In this document: piece by piece, positions 25,577-32,000 of the stretch
Layout: each line of letters begins with the position of its first letter
Position numbering within the stretch: position 1 is the stretch's first letter
Origin: Nitrosopumilus maritimus SCM1
Lineage (GTDB): Archaea; Thermoproteota; Nitrososphaeria; Nitrososphaerales; Nitrosopumilaceae
Assembly: GCF_000018465.1 (NCBI RefSeq)
Contig: NC_010085.1
Coordinates: forward strand, 840,001 to 872,000
Length of the DNA: 32,000 nucleotides
Direction of reading: 5' to 3'
The notes under the pieces: generated by a model
What the model was told of the DNA's origin: nothing
Databases searched by the model: none
The model's input: the letters and a program-made list of their open reading frames with translations, nothing else
Translations under genes and position numbers: made by a program

Positions 25577-26630
25577 ATCAAAAGTAGATCCAAAAATTAT
25601 TGAAGAGATTTTAAAATTTAGTAAAAACGTAATTGAAGCTCCAAAGTTGGTGGCGGCACCAGATGAAATTAGTTTAGAGGTCACTCCACACGATATAGTC
25701 CAACAAATGGACAAAACACGTCTATTGCATTACAAACCAATTACAGAAAAACAACACAAGACTCCTTTATTGATTTCATACGCATTGATTAACAGATTTC
25801 ATATTTTAGATATACAACCTGAAAAGAGTTGGGTTCGAAATTTACTTCAACAAGGATTTGATGTGTATATGCTTGATTGGGGAACACCAACAAGTATGGA
25901 CAAGTATCTTGATTTTGATGATTATGTAAACGGGTATTTGGATGCATATGTAGAATACATCAAAAATGAATCATCCACTGAAAAGATCTCATTGCAAGGA
26001 TATTGTACAGGAGCAACAATTGCCACAACATATGCGTCATTACATCCAGAAAGTGTCAAAAATTACATTGCAACTGCACCTGTAATTGATGGCTGGAGAG
26101 ATACCACCGTAATTAGCAACCTTGCAAAACACATGGACGTAGACAAAATGGTCGAAATTATTGGAAACATGCCTCCAGAATTCATGTATTATGCTTTTTC
26201 AGTTCTCAAGCCATTTGAGCAAGGCATTGAAAAGTATGTCAATTTCTTCAAAAATATTGAAAATAAGAAATTTGTTGACAGTTTCCTCAGAGTAGAAAAA
26301 TGGTTAGGAGATACACCACCTATTCCAGGAGAATTGTTCAAACAATGGATTAAAGACATCTATCAAGACAACTTGCTTATTCAAAACAAGATGCACGTAG
26401 AGGGTCAACTAGTAGATTTGAAAAAAATAGACATGCCAATCTTCACACAAGTGGCAGTTGGAGACCATTTGGTTTCACCTGAGTGTAGTATGCCACTCCA
26501 CTATGCAGTAGGTAGTGAAGATAAAACATTGAGAATGTACCCTACAGGACATGTGGGTATGATTGCCAGTTCACTATCTCAGAAGAAGGTTTTGCCTGAG
26601 CTGGGAAGTTGGTTGGCTGAAAGATCATAA
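25566..26630 (+). CDS. phaC: Class III PHA synthase subunit PhaC
   Basis: TPLLISYALINRFHILDIQP...GFDVYMLDWGTP...LQGYCTGATIATTYASLHPE (GxCxG box)...GDHLVSPECS...GHVGMIASS. Confidence 0.95.
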   Translation: MQSESKVDPKIIEEILKFSKNVIEAPKLVAAPDEISLEVTPHDIVQQMDKTRLLHYKPITEKQHKTPLLISYALINRFHILDIQPEKSWVRNLLQQGFDVYMLDWGTPTSMDKYLDFDDYVNGYLDAYVEYIKNESSTEKISLQGYCTGATIATTYASLHPESVKNYIATAPVIDGWRDTTVISNLAKHMDVDKMVEIIGNMPPEFMYYAFSVLKPFEQGIEKYVNFFKNIENKKFVDSFLRVEKWLGDTPPIPGELFKQWIKDIYQDNLLIQNKMHVEGQLVDLKKIDMPIFTQVAVGDHLVSPECSMPLHYAVGSEDKTLRMYPTGHVGMIASSLSQKKVLPELGSWLAERS

Positions 26631-26667
26631 AAGGAAAAAAGAAAAAATTAAAAAATTTGATTCGCCA

Positions 26668-27096
26668 CTAGTTGTTCTTTGTGGTGAATGCAGAAATCCA
26701 AGATTGTAGAATGTTTCTGTTTAACTCAGCAAATGATTTTGCGTTGTCGTTAAAGGTCTTGATGTTTTGTTGTGTTGCATCAATTGTTGCAAGTGTTACT
26801 TGGTTTTGAATTGATGTAGCCTTTACGACTTCTTCAGTTGTATCTTGCATTACTTTGATGGTAGCTTCAGGAATGTTTGCTGCCATACCTGCTTTCTTTG
26901 CAAATTCTTTTTGTAGTGTCAAGGTTGAATCTGCAATGTTTTCGTATGCTTGTATGAATTCCTGTTGTACGTTTGTAATTGCTTGATGATACTGTGGTAC
27001 TGATGTTCTAATACCGTTGAAGAATTTATCTACATTTTGTTGATATACGGAAAATAGATCTTTTGGATTTGATTGTGTCTGTTCGTTCTTACTCAA
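26668..27096 (-). CDS. Phasin-like granule protein
   Basis: 142 aa amphipathic, helical: VDKFFNGIRTSVPQYHQAITNVQQEFIQAYENIADSTLTLQKEFAKKAG. Context next to phaEC. Confidence 0.72.
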   Translation of the reverse strand: MSKNEQTQSNPKDLFSVYQQNVDKFFNGIRTSVPQYHQAITNVQQEFIQAYENIADSTLTLQKEFAKKAGMAANIPEATIKVMQDTTEEVVKATSIQNQVTLATIDATQQNIKTFNDNAKSFAELNRNILQSWISAFTTKNN

Positions 27097-27518
27097 TTTT
27101 TCACCTCCCTAGCTTTTGATTTTTTTGCTATTGGAAGAACGATGACTTGAACCAAGTCACCTTCGCCTAATCCAAGGGCATTACGTTCTGCCTCTGGAAT
27201 GGAAATTCTACCATTACTACTGATGGTAGTTTTGTATGCACCCCAATTCATAAAGGAAGGAAGCATTTGTCCAATGCTAAACATGGTATCCATGCTTTTG
27301 TTTTGCATAGAAGTCATGTTTTCCATCATGTTTGATTGGGCTTGTCTAGTGTTATCTGAAACTTCTTTGAGTGTGTCAAGTGGGTTGAATGTTTTACTAG
27401 TTTGATTGGTCATCAAAGCACCAAAATTTTTCATAAATTCTGCTTGTGCGCGTCCACTTTTTTGAATCCAGTCTTTGAACATAGCAGTTGGATCATATTG
27501 GTTTGTATTACCACTCAT
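27093..27518 (-). CDS. Phasin-like/AbrB-SpoVT fusion (possible PhaR-type granule regulator)
   Basis: N-terminal FKDWIQKSGRAQAEFMKNFGALM...; C-terminal AYKTTISSNGRISIPEAERNALGLGEGDLVQVIVLPI is a swapped-hairpin AbrB pattern. Overlaps the phasin-like gene by 4 nt. Confidence 0.75.
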   Translation of the reverse strand: MSGNTNQYDPTAMFKDWIQKSGRAQAEFMKNFGALMTNQTSKTFNPLDTLKEVSDNTRQAQSNMMENMTSMQNKSMDTMFSIGQMLPSFMNWGAYKTTISSNGRISIPEAERNALGLGEGDLVQVIVLPIAKKSKAREVKN

Positions 27519-27554
27519 TGGTAATTACAGGAATTAACTGGTATATAAGGGTGT

Positions 27555-28400
27555 TTATTTTACATTAAGAAAATCCAAAACTTTTTCTGAAAATAAACGA
27601 GGTGCTTGCACATAAGGGGTATGACCACATCCATCCATCCTAATGAATCTACAATCGCTTAGAGATTGAATAAAGTCATCAGCATGATTAATTGGAATTA
27701 CAGGATCAACACTTCCCCAAATTAACATAGTTTGGGTAGAAATTGCCTGGAGTTTTTTAGTAATAATTTCAGCATTTTTCAAACCAAGTATTGTAGACAT
27801 GAATGCAAGTTTTGCGTTTGGCATTTGCATTCTTTCAATAAAACTAGAGACAATTTTTGGATCGACGCTTTCACCAGAACCCTCCATCAGTTCAAACGCA
27901 TTTTTTGCATTTTGTTCATTAGGATATAGTGCAGCCATAATGTATGCATCGAGTGCAGGAGTAGACTGTTTCATTACTCCGGAGGGAGATACCAAAATTA
28001 GTTTATCTACATCATTTTGATTTGCAGCAGTGTATTCAGCAGAGATTTGTCCACCTAAAGAAGAACCAATCAGATAAGGTAACTCAATATTCGCTGTTTG
28101 CATAAATTTGCCAAGAAAATCTGAAAAAAAGTCGATAGTATAATCTGCAAGGGGTTTGTCACTATATCCAAAGCCTATTAGATCAGGGATTACAACACGA
28201 AAATGCTCTGCAAAAATAGGCATTACTTGTTCCCATCTTTCAGCAGAGGCCCCTAGCCCATGAATTAGAACTAATGTTTTATCAGAATTTCCAGACTCTA
28301 AATAACGAATCTTATTGCCATCAATTTGGAGAAATTTCTCATTCACTAATTTTGCTTCAATTACCATCAATAGATAAGTTTTAGTTAATTCTGCGATCAT
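27555..28400 (-). CDS. Alpha/beta-fold hydrolase
   Basis: VLIHGLGASAERWEQVMPIF...YLIGSSLGGQISAEY...IWGSVDPVIP...GCGHTPYVQAP. Confidence 0.9.
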   Translation of the reverse strand: MIAELTKTYLLMVIEAKLVNEKFLQIDGNKIRYLESGNSDKTLVLIHGLGASAERWEQVMPIFAEHFRVVIPDLIGFGYSDKPLADYTIDFFSDFLGKFMQTANIELPYLIGSSLGGQISAEYTAANQNDVDKLILVSPSGVMKQSTPALDAYIMAALYPNEQNAKNAFELMEGSGESVDPKIVSSFIERMQMPNAKLAFMSTILGLKNAEIITKKLQAISTQTMLIWGSVDPVIPINHADDFIQSLSDCRFIRMDGCGHTPYVQAPRLFSEKVLDFLNVK

Positions 28401-28471
28401 CGAAAATCACAATTTTTTAGAAAAATCTGTTATGAACTCCAAGTATGTTTTTTATGACCACAATTATGTAA

Positions 28472-28651
28472 ATGTGTGATAAAGAAAAAATCTCAAAAAT
28501 ACTAGTTCCCCTAGATGGCTCTAATAACCCTCAAAGAGGCTTGGAAATGGCCATTACGCCATCTAGACAATATGTGGCAACCATAACAGGCGTATTTTCA
28601 ATTCACCCCTCCTACTCAGAATTCCTAGGAATAGGTTCAGTTGTAAAGTAA
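28472..28651 (+). pseudogene. Truncated universal stress protein (UspA) remnant
   Basis: Reads MCDKEKISKILVPLDGSNNPQRGLEMAITPSRQYVATITGVFSIHPSYSEFLGIGSVVK* (59 aa). This matches only the Usp N-terminus (KILVPLDGSxNSxRGLexAIxxARQxxATITGv) and has no C-terminal GSxGxxxxxxxxxGS region. Confidence 0.65.
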
Positions 28652-28652
28652 T

Positions 28653-29105
28653 TCAAAACCCATTCTTTTTGAAATATTTTTGATGATACTCTTCTGCTTT
28701 GTAAAATGTAGGAGCAGGAGTTATTTCAGTAACAATTGGATCATTGAATTTCCCAGAAGAATCTAACTGAGTCTTTGATTTTTCTGCAACCTCTTTTTGC
28801 TTTTCATCATGGTAAAAAATTGCAGAACGATATTGGATTCCAACATCAGGGCCTTGACGATTTAGTGTTGTGGGATTATGATTATTCCAAAAAACATCCA
28901 AGAGTTCTTCATATGAAATTTCATTAGGATCATATTCTACTTCAACTGCTTCAGCATGTCCAGTTCTATCAGTGCATACTTCTTCATAAGTGGGGTTTGG
29001 TAAATTTCCACCAATGTAACCTACTTGAGTAGATTTTACTCCCTTTGTTTTGCTAAGCAAATCTTCAACATGCCAAAAACATCCTGCGCCAAATGTTGCC
29101 TTCAT
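28653..29105 (-). CDS. msrA: Peptide methionine-S-sulfoxide reductase
   Basis: [31 protein letters not shown]...[13 protein letters not shown]...[10 protein letters not shown]. Confidence 0.96.
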   Translation of the reverse strand: MKATFGAGCFWHVEDLLSKTKGVKSTQVGYIGGNLPNPTYEEVCTDRTGHAEAVEVEYDPNEISYEELLDVFWNNHNPTTLNRQGPDVGIQYRSAIFYHDEKQKEVAEKSKTQLDSSGKFNDPIVTEITPAPTFYKAEEYHQKYFKKNGF

Positions 29106-29169
29106 TTCAAAAACTCTAAAACATAAACAGAATTAAAACTATTTGCTAGAAAATATTATAGAATTTTTT

Positions 29170-29577
29170 CTAAGTTCCTGTCATTTTTTTGGAAACATCA
29201 GTAAAAATTTCAACTACTTTTTTAGCCAAATTTTCAATGTTTGCAGTAGGTTCCGCAGAAATCAGCAAGAGAATTTGAGTTATAGGAAATGGGAAACTAA
29301 CAAGAACTGCCTTGTCTCTTCTTGCAGCCAAATAGTTGATAGGACCTAGACTTTCATCATATTCTTTCCTGATAGATGCTTTTGAGACAAAATCCAAGAA
29401 TGATTGCAGCCTAGTTTCATCGCCTTCATAAGGAGTAAGTCCTTCTTTGAAGCCACCTGAAATCAATTGGCCATCTTTGTCAACAATTCCAGCAAATCTA
29501 ATCTCAGATTCTTCTAGTAATTTTTTGCATTTTTCAGCATATAGATTCAAACCATCAGGACTAGTCATATGATTCAA
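29170..29577 (-). CDS. Conserved thaumarchaeal hypothetical (DUF6659-like)
   Basis: IRFAGIVDKDGQLISGGFKEGLTPYEGDE...DKAVLVSFPFPITQILLLISAEP; paralog of 24552..24944. Confidence 0.7.
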   Translation of the reverse strand: MNHMTSPDGLNLYAEKCKKLLEESEIRFAGIVDKDGQLISGGFKEGLTPYEGDETRLQSFLDFVSKASIRKEYDESLGPINYLAARRDKAVLVSFPFPITQILLLISAEPTANIENLAKKVVEIFTDVSKKMTGT

Positions 29578-29662
29578 TTTAAGATATCAAAAATAAAAAC
29601 CTAGTCAATAATAGTCACAGATGAATATATTTGACTTAAGACAGAGGTTGAAGATCTCATTT

Positions 29663-30511
29663 CTAGATTTTTAGAGTACATTTTAGAAGTGCATAATCAA
29701 TAATCCCTTTTTCAGAGGCGGTTTTCATTTTAATTATCGATTTGTATAGAATGTTTTCAACATAGTTTGGATATTTTTCTAAAATAGATTTTTTGAGTTC
29801 TTCTCTATTTTTGAGATAATAATCTGCAAGAGGATCATATACAGAATTTCCAATGAGTTTTTCATGGTTTATTTCAAAACCGCCCGAGTTGAGGGTATTT
29901 TTTACATCATCTAAAGAATAGTGTTCAGATGACCAGGTAAATTTCAGCATACCCAAATCCTTGAGAGAGGAATTTCCAAGGGTTATAGGTATAGCAATTA
30001 CAAGTAATCCAGAATCAGTCAATACCCGTTTTGATTCAGAAACAAATTCAGATAGAGGTTTGAAATGCTGTGCAGATTCTAATGCCAAGACACGGTCTAC
30101 AGAGTTGTTTGTAAAGGGGAGTTTTGTAGAAGAAGAGTTTAGAAATTCAATTTTTTGTTTTTTTCCAAAAGATAATTGTGAATAGTTGATGTTTACATCA
30201 TATAGCAGAATATGGGGGAATTCTTGTTGCCATAGATGAGAGGGAGCAGATAACCCACTTCCAACATCAACTACATGTTTTGCAGAAGATAATTCAGCAA
30301 GTTCTGCAAAAACCATGCACAGATTTTCCTGAGCAGATATTGGTTCAGAGTGTTCTTGAGACCAATACCCAAAATTAAGCATAGATCCACCTGTTGCAAG
30401 TTGCATTACGGGAGATAATGTGTTGTAAAGATTGACAGTGTCTTTTTCATTTCTACGAAAAGTCCACAAGAATAGTTCTAGAGGGTTAATCGATACCAAA
30501 AATAAATTCAA
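29663..30511 (-). CDS. Class I SAM-dependent methyltransferase (start uncertain)
   Basis: YNTLSPVMQLATGGSMLNFGYW...VVDVGSGLSAPSHLWQQEFP...RVLALESAQHF...SERVLTDSGLLVI. Confidence 0.85.
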   Translation of the reverse strand: MNLFLVSINPLELFLWTFRRNEKDTVNLYNTLSPVMQLATGGSMLNFGYWSQEHSEPISAQENLCMVFAELAELSSAKHVVDVGSGLSAPSHLWQQEFPHILLYDVNINYSQLSFGKKQKIEFLNSSSTKLPFTNNSVDRVLALESAQHFKPLSEFVSESKRVLTDSGLLVIAIPITLGNSSLKDLGMLKFTWSSEHYSLDDVKNTLNSGGFEINHEKLIGNSVYDPLADYYLKNREELKKSILEKYPNYVENILYKSIIKMKTASEKGIIDYALLKCTLKI

Positions 30512-30539
30512 AATTAATTGAACAGAGTCATATTAATTT

Positions 30540-30671
30540 CTAGGGTAATCCTTCAGAGTCTTCAGCACAATGTTTGTGGACCCATTTTTCATCTTTGTTT
30601 TTAGAGATCTCTTTTCCTGGCTGAATTTTATCACCACAAGAGACACAAGATGTTGCAAATTTTGCTTTCAT
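30540..30671 (-). CDS. 43-aa zinc-finger-like small protein (PARP/LIM-like CxxC...HxxC)
   Basis: MKAKFATSCVSCGDKIQPGKEISKNKDEKWVHKHCAEDSEGLP*. Not in the supplied ORF track. Confidence 0.6.
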   Translation of the reverse strand: MKAKFATSCVSCGDKIQPGKEISKNKDEKWVHKHCAEDSEGLP

Positions 30672-30927
30672 ATGTTTTGATAATTTTAGATAGATAAATC
30701 AGATGTGTTGCAATTGGTGTCAACTAATGATCAACGCATTTTGAAAATTTGAGTATTAGTTTACACATCAAATACGGTTCAGAGAGCATAGTTAACAAAA
30801 TTCATCATCTTTTAGGTCAAAAATGGATTCATTCAGATGTAAATTGAGATAAACAGAAGAGATTGGAAATCAAAAGAAATCATCCTAGTCTGCATAGGTT
30901 TTGGAGATTTCTAATGTTTTATTGTTT

Positions 30928-32000
30928 TTAGTTATTACTATCAGAGTCTCCACTATCAGAGTCTCCACTATCAGAGTCTCCACTATCAGAGATCACGGGT
31001 TCGTTAATTATTTCAGAATTTTGTGAATCATTACTTGTGTCAAATTCATCATTGTTATTTTCAGATGCATTTTGTGTGGGCAAATTATCTGGCACAGGAG
31101 TTGACAAGATTTGGAATACTGTATCATGTTGAGTTTGTGCAGATTGAACTCTTTGGTTAGCAATATCTAATTTTTCTTTTTTATTTTCTTCAAAAGTCAC
31201 AAATTTGAGCAAAGTATTTTGCCTTTTTTCAAGTGCCTTGATTGCCCTTTGTTCTTCTTTACTTCCTAAAGGAGCTTTATCGAGTCTTTCTTTTGCAAGA
31301 TCAACTGCTGTTTTTGCAGCTAATGTTTTTTCAATAGCTATTTGATATTGCACTTCTCGTTTTTGCTCATTTTTTATTGCATTGTTTAGTTGATTCAATG
31401 CTTTTTTCTGTGCTTTAGTTAAGGGGGTTGAGGGCTCAGTAGGAGTTGAGGGCTCAGTAGGAGTTGAGGGCTCAGTAGGAGTTGAGGGCTCAGTAGGAGT
31501 TGAGGGCTCAGTAGGAGTTGAGGGCTCAGTAGGAGTTGAGGGCTCAGTAGGAGTTGAGGGCTCAGTAGGAGTTGAGGGCTCAGTAGGAGTTGAGGGCTCA
31601 GTAGGAGTTGAGGGCTCAGTAGGAGTTGAGGGCTCAGTAGGAGTAGGAGTATTTACAACATAACTTTGTTTAGAGTTTTGACTGTTTTTGTTTTGTTGTT
31701 TTTTAATTAAGGATTCTATTGCATCCCTAGTTTCCAAAAGATCTGTTCGTTTTGATGGTTGTAGTTTTGCTTGATGTTCTAGTGCTTTAATTAACATATT
31801 CCATCTTTCGTTTTGTATCAATTCGTTTATTGTCAAAGCAAAGACTTTGTCAGTTACTTTCGATGCAAAACCTGTTCCTTTGTATTCTTGTTGATTAATT
31901 TTAGCAAATATTTTTCGATATTCTTTAATTTCTTTTAGATTTAGAATTTCAGATTTAATAAAATCTGATTTTTTCTGTTTGTCAACAGATTTTGTTAATT
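30928..32000 (-). CDS. Partial CDS (5' end outside window): low-complexity protein with TPTEPS and SDSGD repeats
   Basis: The track starts it at 31836 (TTG), but the frame stays open to the window edge: ...LTKSVDKQKKSDFIKSEILNLKEIKEYRKIFAKINQQEYKGTGFASKVTDKVFALTINELIQNERWNML... Confidence 0.75.
   Translation of the reverse strand, partial: LTKSVDKQKKSDFIKSEILNLKEIKEYRKIFAKINQQEYKGTGFASKVTDKVFALTINELIQNERWNMLIKALEHQAKLQPSKRTDLLETRDAIESLIKKQQNKNSQNSKQSYVVNTPTPTEPSTPTEPSTPTEPSTPTEPSTPTEPSTPTEPSTPTEPSTPTEPSTPTEPSTPTEPSTPTEPSTPTEPSTPLTKAQKKALNQLNNAIKNEQKREVQYQIAIEKTLAAKTAVDLAKERLDKAPLGSKEEQRAIKALEKRQNTLLKFVTFEENKKEKLDIANQRVQSAQTQHDTVFQILSTPVPDNLPTQNASENNNDEFDTSNDSQNSEIINEPVISDSGDSDSGDSDSGDSDSNN
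30937..30991 (+). repeat. 15-bp in-frame tandem repeat (actatcagagtctcc), three perfect copies plus a partial
   Basis: Copies at 30937, 30952 and 30967, then partial actatcagag from 30982. Encodes GDSDS units. Confidence 0.9.
31432..31647 (+). repeat. 18-bp in-frame tandem minisatellite, 12 copies (gggctcagtaggagttga)
   Basis: gggctcagt recurs at 31432 + 18k for k=0..11. All units are identical through the 11th; the last ends gtaggagtagg. Encodes TPTEPS on the minus strand. Confidence 0.97.

Noticed and set aside
31432-31647. CRISPR-like array
   Set aside because: The 18-bp repeats are contiguous, have no spacers and are in frame within a CDS. This is a coding minisatellite.
1-32000. tRNA/rRNA genes, prophage or defence cassette
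   Set aside because: I looked for T-loop-like GGTTCGAATCC strings, structured GC-rich islands, integrases, Cas genes, restriction genes and toxin genes and found none. The only GGTTCGAAATTT string lies in phaC.

Overview
The gene content (Nre-family repair protein, class III PHA synthase, two TFB paralogs, Matrixin/WVKNNAGWW proteins, AOA-type small proteins) and the AT-rich sequence point to an ammonia-oxidising archaeon (Nitrosopumilus-like Nitrososphaeria). This is inference, with no database search. Most of the window is dense housekeeping sequence: metG, ahcY, Rieske ferredoxin, nadE-cysS, mscS, ychF, birA, TFB and msrA. It also carries a PHA granule locus (phaE-phaC plus phasin-like and phasin/AbrB-like proteins). 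The most unusual signal is an oriented promoter motif, TTAGCACTAG, clustered between about 7.2 and 16.3 kb in front of seven transcription units. It always points toward the gene. Its start is 29 nt upstream of a TATA-like element, and three promoters have a second copy exactly 19 nt downstream of the first. The associated genes include a T4 endonuclease V-like pyrimidine-dimer glycosylase, a membrane SDR, a B12-binding protein with the CarH-type Wx9EH and ExHxxG photoreceptor signatures, an orphan 50-aa zinc ribbon, and a TFB with an altered zinc ribbon. I propose this as a candidate light/cobalamin/UV-stress regulon. Other points: two window-edge CDSs absent or truncated in the ORF track, a truncated UspA remnant, and a perfect 18-bp tandem repeat (TPTEPS x12) in a surface-like or low-complexity protein. 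No tRNA, rRNA or CRISPR was recognised.
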